Positions 42,420-52,280 of a stretch of 64,000 bases of DNA are shown in pieces; the stretch's first letter is position 1, and each line of letters begins with the position of its first letter. The stretch comes from Candidatus Woesearchaeota archaeon (lineage in GTDB: Archaea > Nanobdellota > Nanobdellia > Pacearchaeales > GW2011-AR1). The notes under the pieces are model-generated. The model worked only from the letters and a program-made list of their open reading frames with translations, did no database searches and had not been told where the DNA came from. A program made the position numbers and the translations under genes. Where the stretch lies: NCBI GenBank assembly GCA_964623495.1, contig CAZUTV010000004.1, forward strand, positions 16,587 to 80,586, in the 5' to 3' direction.

Positions 42420-43067
42420 ATGCATCTAAAGAGACAGGACACACCAAAGAAATGGCCAATACCAAGAAAAGGAAGCAAGTACGTCATAAAACCAAGTTCA
42501 AACACCAAGGAAGGAGTTCCAATACTTATCTTTCTAAGGGATATGCTAAAACTGGCCAACAACCGGAAAGAGGTGAAAAAAGCCATTAATAAACGAGAGA
42601 TTTTGTTAAATGGAAAAGAGATAAAAAACGAAAATCTAAGTGTGCTTCTTTTAGATAGAGTAAGTGTTGTTCCAAGCAAAAAGAACTATGAATTAACCTT
42701 ATCTGAAAATGGAAAACTCCAAATCAAGGAAGTAAAATCTGGAGAAGAGGACAAAAAGATCTCTAAGATAGAAAATAAAAAGATTTTAAGAGGAAAAAAG
42801 ACTCAATTAAACTTAAAAGATGGAAGAAATTTTATTTCTGAAATTGATTGTAAAGTTAATGATTCTGTAATAATAAATTTTAAGAACAAAAAAATAGAGA
42901 AATGTTTGCCACTAAAAGAAAAATCTAAAGCAATGGTCTTTGCTGGAAAGCACTCTGGAAAAGTGGGAAGCATAAGCAGAATAAACCACAAAGAAAAAAC
43001 CGTTGAGCTTGAAACAAAACACGGAAAATTCAACATATTAATTAAACAAATGATGGTAATAGAATGA
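42420..43067 (+). CDS. rps4e: Ribosomal protein S4e (eS4)
   Basis: MHLKRQDTPKKWPIPRKGSKYV. Confidence 0.9.
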   Translation: MHLKRQDTPKKWPIPRKGSKYVIKPSSNTKEGVPILIFLRDMLKLANNRKEVKKAINKREILLNGKEIKNENLSVLLLDRVSVVPSKKNYELTLSENGKLQIKEVKSGEEDKKISKIENKKILRGKKTQLNLKDGRNFISEIDCKVNDSVIINFKNKKIEKCLPLKEKSKAMVFAGKHSGKVGSISRINHKEKTVELETKHGKFNILIKQMMVIE

Positions 43068-43564
43068 AAGAGAATATAATGAGGGAGATCAAAATAGAGA
43101 AAGTTGTCCTAAGTATCGGCGGAACCGCAGAAATGCTTGAGAAAGGATTGAAGTTGCTAAAAGTTTTGACTGGAAGAAACCCCGCGAAAATGAAATCAAA
43201 CAAGAGAATACCTACTTTTGGAGTTAGGCCAAAGTTAGAAGTTGGTGTGGTCGTAACTATTAGAAAATCTGCCGGAGAAGTTCTAAAAAGAATGTTAACT
43301 GCAATAAATAATACTCTGAAGAAAAAGCAAGTTAGTGAAAACAACTTTTCTTTTGGAATAAAGGAGTATATAGAGATACCAGGAATAGAATATCAAAGAG
43401 ATATTGGAATCGTGGGATTGGACGTTACCGTGGTCTTTAAAAGATCCGGAAGAAGAGTAAGATTAAGGAAAATAAAGACAGGTAAAATTCCAAAAAAACA
43501 GATAATCTCCAGAGAAGAGATAATTAAATTTATGGAAGAGAACTTCCAAACTAAATTCAACTAA
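43064..43564 (+). CDS. rpl5: Ribosomal protein L5 (uL5)
   Basis: IKIEKVVLSIGG...FGIKEYIEIPGIEY. Synteny. Confidence 0.9.
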   Translation: MKENIMREIKIEKVVLSIGGTAEMLEKGLKLLKVLTGRNPAKMKSNKRIPTFGVRPKLEVGVVVTIRKSAGEVLKRMLTAINNTLKKKQVSENNFSFGIKEYIEIPGIEYQRDIGIVGLDVTVVFKRSGRRVRLRKIKTGKIPKKQIISREEIIKFMEENFQTKFN

Positions 43565-43565
43565 A

Positions 43566-43796
43566 ATGACGGCAAGCGATTGGAAGAAAATATTAAAACA
43601 GCTGGAAAGAAAAAAAGCAGTTAAGGAAAAATTCTTAAAACACTGCAAACCAAAAGAAAGGAAGAAAGGGATTGCTGCAAAGAAATGCGAGAGATGCGGA
43701 AGATTCGGAGCACACATAAGCTCTTACGGACTAAATTTATGCCGACACTGCTTTAGGGAAATTGCGGAAGAGATCGGATTTAAAAAATATTCATAA
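43566..43796 (+). CDS. rps14: Ribosomal protein S14 (uS14, zinc type) with a short basic N-terminal extension
   Basis: KKCERCGRFGAHISSYGLNLCRHCFREIAEEIGFKKYS. Confidence 0.9.
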   Translation: MTASDWKKILKQLERKKAVKEKFLKHCKPKERKKGIAAKKCERCGRFGAHISSYGLNLCRHCFREIAEEIGFKKYS

Positions 43797-43825
43797 AATG
43801 ACAAAAATTAAGGAGATAAGATAAA

Positions 43826-44206
43826 ATGGCCCACGACATAGTAGCTGATGCTTTAAGCATGATTAAGAATGCACAAAGATCCAGAAAGGACACGATCAAA
43901 ATAGGAAGAATTTCAAACCTATTAATTGAAATTTTCAAGATAATGAAACAAAAAGGGTCTTTAAAAAGATATAAAATCGATGGAAAAGATAAGTCGGTGG
44001 TTGTGACCTTGGGAGATTTGTTTGAATGTGGAGTGATAAAACCCAGGTTTACTGTGAAAAAAGGGGCTATAGAGAGGTATAGAAGAAGGTATCTTCCTGC
44101 AAGAGGCATAGGAACAATAATCATCTCAACTAACAAGGGATTAATGACACATGAAGAAGCCAGCAAAGAAAATATTGGAGGATGTTTAATAGCATATTTT
44201 TATTAG
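43826..44206 (+). CDS. rps8: Ribosomal protein S8 (uS8)
   Basis: DIVADALSMIKNAQRSRK. Confidence 0.9.
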   Translation: MAHDIVADALSMIKNAQRSRKDTIKIGRISNLLIEIFKIMKQKGSLKRYKIDGKDKSVVVTLGDLFECGVIKPRFTVKKGAIERYRRRYLPARGIGTIIISTNKGLMTHEEASKENIGGCLIAYFY

Positions 44207-44215
44207 ACAAGAATC

Positions 44216-44758
44216 ATGAAAAAAGACATCTATCAAAACATAAGGATTCCAAAAGAAGTTGAACTTTTAGTAGAAAAAAATGCGGTTATTGTAAAGGGGA
44301 AAGAAGGAGAAAATAAAAGATCGTTTAAATTCAATGGATTAGAAGTCAAAAAGGAAGAAGACTTGCTAAGGATAGGGAAGAAGAAAGCTTCAAAAAATGA
44401 AAAACGAGAGATTAATACAATAACTTCCCACATAAAAAACATGATTTTGGGTGCGCAGGAAAAATTTCAGTACAAATTAAAGATTTGTTTTAGTCACTTT
44501 CCTTTTACAGTAGAGATAAGGGACAAGGAAGCGTATATCAAAAATTTCCTTGGCGAAAAAGTGCCCAGAAAATTAAAAATTCTGCCTGGAGTAGAGGTAA
44601 AAATCGAGAAAGAAATAATCACCATAAGTTCCATAGATAAAGAACTAGCCGGCCAGGCTGCTGCAGATTTTGAAAGAGCCACGCTCGTTAAAAAAAGAGA
44701 TAGGAGAATATTTCAGGACGGAATTTACATCACAAGCAAAGTAGGGAGAGACATCTAG
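44216..44758 (+). CDS. rpl6: Ribosomal protein L6 (uL6)
   Basis: Synteny plus IPKEVELLVEKNAVIVKGKEGE. Confidence 0.9.
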   Translation: MKKDIYQNIRIPKEVELLVEKNAVIVKGKEGENKRSFKFNGLEVKKEEDLLRIGKKKASKNEKREINTITSHIKNMILGAQEKFQYKLKICFSHFPFTVEIRDKEAYIKNFLGEKVPRKLKILPGVEVKIEKEIITISSIDKELAGQAAADFERATLVKKRDRRIFQDGIYITSKVGRDI

Positions 44759-44759
44759 A

Positions 44760-45134
44760 ATGAACAAAAAATTTTTGAAGCGTGGGTGGAACCGAGACTT
44801 TAAACTTGGAAAGAGAAAGAGAAAGAAAAGGGTTTGGAAAAAACCAAAAGGAAGACATAATAAAATGCGGGAAAAAAGGAGAGGATATGCGCCTATAGTT
44901 AGGATAGGCTATAAAAATACTTCAAAGAATAAAACAGTAATTGTGAGAAACATCAATGACCTTTTAAAAATCAAGAACAACGAATTGGCCATTTTAGGAA
45001 AGATTGGAAAAAGAAAAAAGATAGAAATCATAAAAAAGGCCATTGAAAAGAAAATTAAAATTAAGAACCTAAACCTGGAAAAATTTTTGAACTCAAAATT
45101 AAACAACAAAGAAAAGAAGAAAAATGAATCTTAA
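44760..45134 (+). CDS. rpl32e: Ribosomal protein L32e (eL32)
   Basis: WKKPKGRHNKMREKRRGYAPIVRIGY. Confidence 0.9.
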   Translation: MNKKFLKRGWNRDFKLGKRKRKKRVWKKPKGRHNKMREKRRGYAPIVRIGYKNTSKNKTVIVRNINDLLKIKNNELAILGKIGKRKKIEIIKKAIEKKIKIKNLNLEKFLNSKLNNKEKKKNES

Positions 45135-45525
45135 AAAGAAAAAAATTCTGGCAGCAAAGGCATTAAAAGTCGGTAAAGAAAGGATAATCTTCCTAAAACC
45201 AAGGCTAGAGGAGATTAAAGAAGCAATAACCAAACAAGACATTAGAGATCTTAAAAAGGACGGTGCAATAGTAATAAAGGAAAATAAAGGGAGGAGGAAA
45301 TTTCAAAGATCTCCAAAAAGAAGGGTCGGAAAAATTAGAAAGAGGGTAAACAAAAGAAAGAGAGAATACATTATATTAACAAGAAACTTAAGAAGAGTTA
45401 TTTTGGAACTTAAAAATCAGAAGAGAATTTCTAAAGAGGCTTGGTTAGATCTAAGAAAAAAAATAAAAAATAAATTTTTTAAGAACAAAACACAATTAAA
45501 AGATTACATCAGAAACCTTAAATAA
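45124..45525 (+). CDS. rpl19e: Ribosomal protein L19e (eL19)
   Basis: MNLKKKKILAAKALKVGKERI.... Confidence 0.9.
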   Translation: MNLKKKKILAAKALKVGKERIIFLKPRLEEIKEAITKQDIRDLKKDGAIVIKENKGRRKFQRSPKRRVGKIRKRVNKRKREYIILTRNLRRVILELKNQKRISKEAWLDLRKKIKNKFFKNKTQLKDYIRNLK

Positions 45526-45526
45526 T

Positions 45527-46018
45527 ATGGAACAAGAAACATTGCTTAAAGATCTGGAAATAAAATTTAATAATTTGAAAAAAGATCAAAAGATTAAGGC
45601 CAGTTTAGAGGAACTCGATGAAATATTTTTCATTAAGGACTATATATGTAAAGAGGGATTTGTTAGTGATAGACTAGGTAGGCAAATCTGCCATAGAATA
45701 GTGGAAACCTATATGGGCTGGAATGAATTTTTACATGGTTTAATTATGCCAGATCCACACAACCTCTTGAATATTGGAGAAAGCAAAATTTTTGACCAAG
45801 AGTATAAGAAGAAGATATTTGAATTAATGAAAAAAATAATGGAAAATAGCAGCAGTAGCAACCTAATATTACTAAAAAGAAGCAGGAAAGATGAAGGAAA
45901 ATTTATAGACAAAGCTTTAAATGAATGGAAAGAGATATTTCTTCCAGAGATAATAAATATTATGGAAAAAATAAACAACGAGTGGAAAATGAAAGAACAC
46001 ACTAAGGATTTAAGATGA
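45527..46018 (+). CDS. Hypothetical 163-aa protein inserted between L19e and L18
   Basis: ATG lies 1 nt after the L19e stop, and its own stop overlaps the L18 ATG (ATGA). No ribosomal-protein family recognised (..CHRIVETYMGWNEFLHGLIMPDPHN..). Confidence 0.6.
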   Translation: MEQETLLKDLEIKFNNLKKDQKIKASLEELDEIFFIKDYICKEGFVSDRLGRQICHRIVETYMGWNEFLHGLIMPDPHNLLNIGESKIFDQEYKKKIFELMKKIMENSSSSNLILLKRSRKDEGKFIDKALNEWKEIFLPEIINIMEKINNEWKMKEHTKDLR

Positions 46019-46509
46019 AAACATTAAAAAAAAGGAAAAGGGAGAGGAAAACAGACTATGGAAAGAGAATTAAGCTATTAAAAAGTGAAAAACCTAGATT
46101 GATCTTTAGAAAAACAAATAGGCACATAATCGCACAATATTCTTTAAGTAAAGAAGCAGAAGATAGAGTTCTATTAACGATAAATTCAAAAGAGCTGATT
46201 AAATACGGTTGGCCAAAAGATAGAGAAAATAGCTTAAAGTCATTACCGGCATCTTACTTAATAGGATTGCTAATTGGAAAAAAAATACAACATAAAAAAC
46301 TAGATAAACCAATATTAGATATTGGAATGAATAGGGCCATACACAAAACAAAAATTTATGCGTTTGTTAAAGGGTTGGCGGATTCTGGAATATCTCTAGC
46401 AGATAAAAAAGAAATCTTTCCGGAAGAGGATAGAATACAAGGAAAGCACCTAAAAGAAAAAATTCCTTTTTTAGAGATTAAATCTAAGATAGAGAAGGAC
46501 ATAAAATGA
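46015..46509 (+). CDS. rpl18: Ribosomal protein L18 (uL18)
   Basis: RKRERKTDYGKRIKLLKSEKPRLIFRKTNRHIIAQ. Confidence 0.9.
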   Translation: MKTLKKRKRERKTDYGKRIKLLKSEKPRLIFRKTNRHIIAQYSLSKEAEDRVLLTINSKELIKYGWPKDRENSLKSLPASYLIGLLIGKKIQHKKLDKPILDIGMNRAIHKTKIYAFVKGLADSGISLADKKEIFPEEDRIQGKHLKEKIPFLEIKSKIEKDIK

Positions 46510-47393
46510 CGAAGGAAAAAAAGCAAGATCTTAAGGATATAAAAAGAACAATTGATTCTTATGAAACAATTTCGGAAGAAGAAGCCATTGAAAAAGCAAA
46601 AGATTCTTTAAAAGTTGCTGAAGAAATGCTGGAAAAAGACAATTCGTTAAAAGAAATTGCATCAAAAGAAGAATTAATTGAAAATGGGCCGGAAGAAACA
46701 CCAACAAAATCGGAAGAAAGTGTTAGAATGGGTGAAACCTGGATGCCCAAGACAAAACTTGGGAAAGATGTCAAGGAAGGTAAAATCAAAAATTTAGACG
46801 ATGTTTTGGAGAGCAAGAGAAAAATTCTTGAACCCGAGATAGTGGATTGGCTGATTAGCGTTAAATCTGACCTAATCTCTATAGGACAATCTAAGGGAAA
46901 ATTTGGGGGCGGAAAAAGAAGAGCATGGAGGCAAACCCAGAGGAAAACAGCAGAAGGAAACATTCCAACCTTCTCAACCATGGCAGTAATTGGTGATGAA
47001 AACGGACATGTAGGAATAGGGACAGGAGAGGCAAAAGAAACACTTCCTGCAAGAGACAAAGCAATTAGAAAAGCAAAATTAAACGCGATTAAAGTTGTAA
47101 GGGCATGTTCTGCTTTTGATTGTGCTTGTAATGAAAAACACACTATTCCCTTTAAAGTTGTCGGAAAAGCTGGAAGCGTTAGAGTCACGCTTATTCCTGC
47201 GCCGCAAGGAACGGGATTGGTTGTAGCTAATGAACTTAAAAAAGTGTTAAAATTAGCAGGAATTAAGGATATTTATAGCAGAACTTCTGGAAGCAGGAGA
47301 ACAACATTCAACATGACTAAAGCATGTATTAATGCTCTAAAAAAAACACATAAACAATTAGGAGAGAAAAATGTTAGCGATAATCAGGATTAA
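46506..47393 (+). CDS. rps5: Ribosomal protein S5 (uS5) with an approximately 80-aa acidic/Lys-rich N-terminal extension
   Basis: Core GKFGGGKRRAWRQTQRKT..MAVIGDENGHVGIGTGEAKE. It is preceded by MTKEKKQDLKDIKRTIDSYETISEEEAIEKAKD.... Confidence 0.9.
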   Translation: MTKEKKQDLKDIKRTIDSYETISEEEAIEKAKDSLKVAEEMLEKDNSLKEIASKEELIENGPEETPTKSEESVRMGETWMPKTKLGKDVKEGKIKNLDDVLESKRKILEPEIVDWLISVKSDLISIGQSKGKFGGGKRRAWRQTQRKTAEGNIPTFSTMAVIGDENGHVGIGTGEAKETLPARDKAIRKAKLNAIKVVRACSAFDCACNEKHTIPFKVVGKAGSVRVTLIPAPQGTGLVVANELKKVLKLAGIKDIYSRTSGSRRTTFNMTKACINALKKTHKQLGEKNVSDNQD

Positions 47394-47793
47394 AGGGGAT
47401 GTTGGATTAAAAAAACCAATTAGAGAAACCTTAGAAAGATTAAGGCTTAGGAGAAAGTATGTTTGCGTTATCTTCGAGAAAAAAGAAGAGAATATCGGCA
47501 TGATAAAAAAAGTTAAAGACTATGTTGCATTTGGAGAGATAAATAAAGAAACTTTAATTAAGCTAATAGAAAAAAGAGGGCAGTTAATCGATAAAACGAA
47601 AAAGATTGATCATAAAAAGATTATGGAGGAGTTTGAAAAAGGGAAAAAACTAGAGGATTTAAATCTCAAATCCTTCTTTAGGTTGCACCCGCCCCGAGGG
47701 GGAATAGAAAGCAAAAAGCATTTCGGGGTCGGTAAAGGAGTTTTGGGAGACAATAAAGAACATATAAACCACTTAATTACAAGGATGTTATAA
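47371..47793 (+). CDS. rpl30: Ribosomal protein L30 (uL30)
   Basis: MLAIIRIKGDVGLKKPIRETLERLRLRR. Confidence 0.9.
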   Translation: MLAIIRIKGDVGLKKPIRETLERLRLRRKYVCVIFEKKEENIGMIKKVKDYVAFGEINKETLIKLIEKRGQLIDKTKKIDHKKIMEEFEKGKKLEDLNLKSFFRLHPPRGGIESKKHFGVGKGVLGDNKEHINHLITRML

Positions 47794-47794
47794 A

Positions 47795-48232
47795 ATGAAG
47801 ACACATAAAAGGAAAAAATCAAAGAGAATGAAGGGAAAGGGAGCCGGAAGCCACGGCAGAGGATCTAGAAAAAAGGGTAAGGGAAAGGGCCATCACGGCG
47901 GAAAGGGAATGGCTGGCACCGGAAAGAGAGCAGACCAAAAGAAAACATTAGTCATAAAATTATATGGAAATAAATATTTTGGAAAACAAGGAATAACTAG
48001 CAGAAAAACACAGAGAGATAAAAGAAAAAGGATAAATCTTAAAGACATAAGCGCAAATTTACAAAAATACGGCAAAAAAGTTGGAGACAGATGGGAAATA
48101 AAATTAGAGGATTATAAGATTTTGGGAGAGGGAGATGTGAATGAAAAGCTGACTATTAAAGCAAAAGATGCATCTCAATCGGCAATTGAAAAAGTTAAAA
48201 AGATTGGTGGCGAGATAATAATCAAAGAGTAA
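47795..48232 (+). CDS. rpl15: Ribosomal protein L15 (uL15)
   Basis: GKGAGSHGRGSRKKGKGKGHHGGKGMAGTGKR. Confidence 0.9.
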   Translation: MKTHKRKKSKRMKGKGAGSHGRGSRKKGKGKGHHGGKGMAGTGKRADQKKTLVIKLYGNKYFGKQGITSRKTQRDKRKRINLKDISANLQKYGKKVGDRWEIKLEDYKILGEGDVNEKLTIKAKDASQSAIEKVKKIGGEIIIKE

Positions 48233-48233
48233 A

Positions 48234-49676
48234 ATGGATCTTAAAGGAATACTGAATATAATCCCTGAAGTAAGAAAACCAGAAGAGAAGAAACTGGGTT
48301 TTAATACAAAACTTAAATGGACTTTAATTATTCTTGGCGCTTTTTTTGTCCTTGCAAACATACCTCTTTTCGGGCTTACGCAGAATGCATTGGATAGGTT
48401 TGAATATCTGGCAATAATCCTTGGAACAGATTTTGGAAGCATCATCTCTTTGGGGATAGGTCCAATTGTTATGGCATCCATAATCCTTCAACTACTTACT
48501 GGATCGGGAATATTGAAAATAGACCAAACAACCATAGAGGGAAAAAAACTATTCCAGGGAATACAAACTTTATTGGTGTTCTTTTTTATAATTTTTGAAT
48601 CTTTGATTTATGTTATGATGAATGGCTTGCAAGCAGCCCCTGGCTTAAGAGGGATAGTCATTACTCAACTTATCCTTGGGGGAATAGCAATCTATTATAT
48701 GGATCAGGTAACGCATAAATGGGGCTTTGGATCTGGAGTAAGCCTATTTATTGCTGCAGGAATTTCTTGGAGACTCATTGCAAGCGCTTTCCAGTTTGTT
48801 GGCGTGCAGGGGAAAAACTGTCTTCTTGATTTTAAGAACACTCCTTGTTCAGGAAAAGTTTTGGTCGTAATCCAATCTATAATCAACAAATACCCTACAG
48901 AACTTTTATCTGCTTTAGCAGCAATTCTTGCCACAGTAGTTATTTTTTTGATGGTGGTCTGGGCCCAGTCATTAAAAGTTGAAATTCCCCTTTCATTTGG
49001 AAAGATTAGAGGGTATAGCGTTAAATGGCCTTTGGCTTTCTTTTATGTTTCAAATATCTCTGTAATTCTTACCGCAGCCCTAGTTGCGAATATACAATTA
49101 TTTGGCGGTTTGGTTGAAAACGCGGCTGCTCCTTGCCTTACTGCTGCAGAAGGGGTGTGTGGTGGTGGAGCAAAGTTTGCTTCCTATTTCACTTTTTTGG
49201 GAAGATTCATCGATGGACAGCCAATTTCTGGACTGGCTTTCTGGATGGGACACACAAATATTTTGGATTTATTGATTAGAGGGGGATTTTTACCCAGATA
49301 CCTTGTTCAGGGACTTACGCACATACTCTTCTTCGTTTTCTTTTCTACAGTATTCTCTATATTCTGGGTTAAAACCTCTGGAATGGATGCCAAAAGCCAA
49401 GCCCACAAAATAACTGCATCTGGGTTGCAGGTTTCTGGATTTAGACAAGATGAAAGGATAATTGAAAGTATCCTTGAAAGATATATTCTACCCTTAACAG
49501 TAATGGGTGGTGCGGCAATAGGTTTCCTTGCAGCAATAACAGACCTACTTGGGGCATTAGTCGGCGGAACAGCAATACTTTTGGTTATAACAATAACTTA
49601 TCAATTCTATCAAAATATCGCACAGCAACACGCAACAGATATGAATCCAGCATTCAGGAAGTTAATGGGAAGTTAA
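48234..49676 (+). CDS. secY: Preprotein translocase subunit SecY
   Basis: 480-aa 10-TM protein after L15. ...GIGPIVMASIILQLL.... Confidence 0.95.
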   Translation: MDLKGILNIIPEVRKPEEKKLGFNTKLKWTLIILGAFFVLANIPLFGLTQNALDRFEYLAIILGTDFGSIISLGIGPIVMASIILQLLTGSGILKIDQTTIEGKKLFQGIQTLLVFFFIIFESLIYVMMNGLQAAPGLRGIVITQLILGGIAIYYMDQVTHKWGFGSGVSLFIAAGISWRLIASAFQFVGVQGKNCLLDFKNTPCSGKVLVVIQSIINKYPTELLSALAAILATVVIFLMVVWAQSLKVEIPLSFGKIRGYSVKWPLAFFYVSNISVILTAALVANIQLFGGLVENAAAPCLTAAEGVCGGGAKFASYFTFLGRFIDGQPISGLAFWMGHTNILDLLIRGGFLPRYLVQGLTHILFFVFFSTVFSIFWVKTSGMDAKSQAHKITASGLQVSGFRQDERIIESILERYILPLTVMGGAAIGFLAAITDLLGALVGGTAILLVITITYQFYQNIAQQHATDMNPAFRKLMGS

Positions 49677-49712
49677 AGGTTTAAAAACAACATGAACCAT
49701 AAAATATAAAAG

Positions 49713-50252
49713 ATGGACGATAAGAAAGGAAGTTTCAAACCGGTAGTAATCGCATTGTTGATTAGTTTCTTAATTGCTATTTTCTGGAATAGCATGGGTT
49801 TTATTAGAAACAGCGTTCATGCAATCCTTGACCCAAGTGCAGGGGCTTTGTTAAACTGGAATCTTCATTGGGGAATGATTGTAATCATCTTAATCTTATC
49901 TATAATAACCACCCTAGCACAAAAATACACTACAGATCAAGAAGGGCTTAAAAAGATTAGAGAAGAGCAAAAAGCTCTTCAGGAGGAGATGAAAAAGCAT
50001 AAAGACAATCCTCAAAAAGTTATGGAACTTCAGAAAAAGAGCTTTGAATATGTTCCACAAACTTTTAAATTAAGCATGGGAGGAATGGTTTATACTGCCA
50101 TCCCCTTGATTCTTTTCTTTAGATGGTTCATGGATTATTTTGCTGCAGTAGGAAGCCCAAAATTCTTTGGGTTTATGGGATGGGTTGTCTTTTACCTTAT
50201 AGGGTCTATTATATTTTCAAGTATTCTTAGGAAGACTTTTAAGGTTGTTTAA
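49713..50252 (+). CDS. DUF106-family membrane protein (archaeal YidC/Oxa1/EMC3-like insertase)
   Basis: TM, then coiled coil (KKIREEQKALQEEMKKHKDNPQKVMELQKK), then two TMs. Conserved location downstream of secY. Confidence 0.7.
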   Translation: MDDKKGSFKPVVIALLISFLIAIFWNSMGFIRNSVHAILDPSAGALLNWNLHWGMIVIILILSIITTLAQKYTTDQEGLKKIREEQKALQEEMKKHKDNPQKVMELQKKSFEYVPQTFKLSMGGMVYTAIPLILFFRWFMDYFAAVGSPKFFGFMGWVVFYLIGSIIFSSILRKTFKVV

Positions 50253-50264
50253 TTTCTCAAAACA

Positions 50265-50663
50265 ATGTCAATAAGTGAAGAAAAGCAGCAAGAATTCATG
50301 TATAAACTTAGCATGTTCGAACAGCAAATGCAATTAATACAACAACAAATAGAGGCTATAGAACAGGCAGTTAATGAAACAAGATTACTCAATTCTGGCT
50401 TGGAAGAGTTGAAGGCGTCGAAAGACAGGGAAATTCTTGCAACCATCGGCAAAGGAATTTATGTAAAGGGAAAACTTCTGGATGATAAACTTTTAGTGGA
50501 TGTTGGGGGAAAAAGATTTGTGAAAAAAACAGTTAATGAAACACAAGAAACTATCACAGAACAAATAAAAAAATTAGAGGATGTTAAGAAAGAGCTCGAG
50601 AATAATCTAAAAAAAATTAATGAAGAGTTAGGAAAAATATTTAGCGAGTATCAGGAGGAATAG
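50265..50663 (+). CDS. pfdA: Prefoldin alpha subunit
   Basis: 132-aa coiled coil, two beta hairpins (ILATIGKGIYVKGKL..VDVGG), coiled coil. Confidence 0.75.
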   Translation: MSISEEKQQEFMYKLSMFEQQMQLIQQQIEAIEQAVNETRLLNSGLEELKASKDREILATIGKGIYVKGKLLDDKLLVDVGGKRFVKKTVNETQETITEQIKKLEDVKKELENNLKKINEELGKIFSEYQEE

Positions 50664-50667
50664 AAAT

Positions 50668-51408
50668 TCATTTTTCTTCTCTTATTGCTACAAAAAACAT
50701 ATATCGCATTTTCTTAGAAAAATAATTTTTTAATAACTTCAAATTTGCTCTCTTTAATTCTAATTTTGTTTCTTTTAATGAAGGCATATGAACATAACAA
50801 TGATTTAAATAAATCCAAGAATTATATTCCAATTTATGTTTTGAAAAAATGTTTCTAAAAAACTTTAAAATATTTAGGAGAGAAAGACTTAAAGCCCTTT
50901 TTAGATTAGCATATTTATAGTATGTTGTAAATATCAATATTCCTTGTTTTTTTAATATTCTCCTAATCTCTCTAAAAACTTGGGCTCTATCTTTTATATG
51001 TCCAATTACAGATTTAAACATAACTACATAATCAAATCTATTTTCTTTGAATAGATCAAGGTTAGTAATATCTCTAACATAAAATTTGAGGGGGATTTTG
51101 TTTCTTTCAGAATAATGTCTGGCAAAATTTATTAGTTTTGGAGTTATATCTACTCCAACAACATTATAACCTAATTTTTTTAATGCAAATGCCTCTCTCC
51201 CCCCCCCACATCCAAGCACAAGAATTTTTGCTTTTCTATTTTTGAAATAATTCATTACAAGTTTAGTTTCATCAAGAGTAAGTCCTTCTGAAATGTTCAC
51301 TGCTTCCTTATATCTGCCTTTTTTTGAATAATCCCCCACAATACCTTCATTTATCTCTTCAAGATTCTTGCCTTTTAATTGTCTTTTTATTTCTTTAATT
51401 GGGTTCAT
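50668..51408 (-). CDS. Class I SAM-dependent methyltransferase
   Basis: Motif I ILVLGCGGGREAFALKKLGYNVVGVDI. Confidence 0.8.
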   Translation of the reverse strand: MNPIKEIKRQLKGKNLEEINEGIVGDYSKKGRYKEAVNISEGLTLDETKLVMNYFKNRKAKILVLGCGGGREAFALKKLGYNVVGVDITPKLINFARHYSERNKIPLKFYVRDITNLDLFKENRFDYVVMFKSVIGHIKDRAQVFREIRRILKKQGILIFTTYYKYANLKRALSLSLLNILKFFRNIFSKHKLEYNSWIYLNHCYVHMPSLKETKLELKRANLKLLKNYFSKKMRYMFFVAIREEK

Positions 51409-52252
51409 TTTTAGTCATTTTTACATTTTTAATAAAATCATCGTATCTCAAAACTCCAAGCTCACTAACTATTTTTGTTATATATTTTTTTGGCACAAAC
51501 TCAAATGCCGGATTTTTTATCTTGATATTTTTTGGGGCCTTGTCCCAAACTTCATTAAGTGGTCTTTGTTCTATCGGAACTCTTTTATTTGTGAATTTCC
51601 ATGAATCAGCAATGATATAAATGGGAATCTTATGAAAAGACGCTAACTCAGATATTGCTTTTGAGCCAACTTTATTTATTATTCCTTCTTTAATCAAAGC
51701 GTCTGCTCCAAGAAAAATCTTCGTTGCATAAATCTTGTCTTTTTTGTTTTCTCTTTCAATTGCATTAGCCAGTGCTGAATCAACAAACTGAGTAACTCTT
51801 ATTCCTGCTTTTGCAAGTTCCCGCGAGGTTTTCCTCCCTTGAAACAAGGGTCTGGTTTCAGTATTATAAACCTGGAATTTTTTCCCTTTCTTTTTTGAAA
51901 AAATAAGAGCGTTTATTACATTTGTTGAATGGCAATGAGTAAAGATAACTTCATTTTGTCTTATAATTTTTAAAATAGCCCCATTTATTTTGCTTTGAGC
52001 TTCGTCAAAGTGTTTTATTATGTTCTCATAAGGTTCTTTATCAATTTTCTTAAGAGCATTGGAAAGCATTGGCTCTGTGGGTCTTAGTGAAAGAAGTGTC
52101 TTTTTTGATTTTTTGGTTGGAATTAAAGAGTAAGCATAAAGAGCTTTTTTTGCCACATTTCTAGCTCCTTGAATTTTAACTGATTTTATGTCGTTGCATA
52201 TTTTTAAAAAAACTCTCTTTTTATCCATAATAGGTTCTAAAGTTACGAACAT
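51395..52252 (-). CDS. eIF-2B alpha/beta/delta-family protein, likely ribose-1,5-bisphosphate isomerase
   Basis: TETRPLFQGRKTSRELAKAGI...LGADALIKEGIINKVGS. Confidence 0.7.
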   Translation of the reverse strand: MFVTLEPIMDKKRVFLKICNDIKSVKIQGARNVAKKALYAYSLIPTKKSKKTLLSLRPTEPMLSNALKKIDKEPYENIIKHFDEAQSKINGAILKIIRQNEVIFTHCHSTNVINALIFSKKKGKKFQVYNTETRPLFQGRKTSRELAKAGIRVTQFVDSALANAIERENKKDKIYATKIFLGADALIKEGIINKVGSKAISELASFHKIPIYIIADSWKFTNKRVPIEQRPLNEVWDKAPKNIKIKNPAFEFVPKKYITKIVSELGVLRYDDFIKNVKMTKNEPN

Positions 52253-52280
52253 TTAAAAATTCTATTCCTTTAATAAGGAT

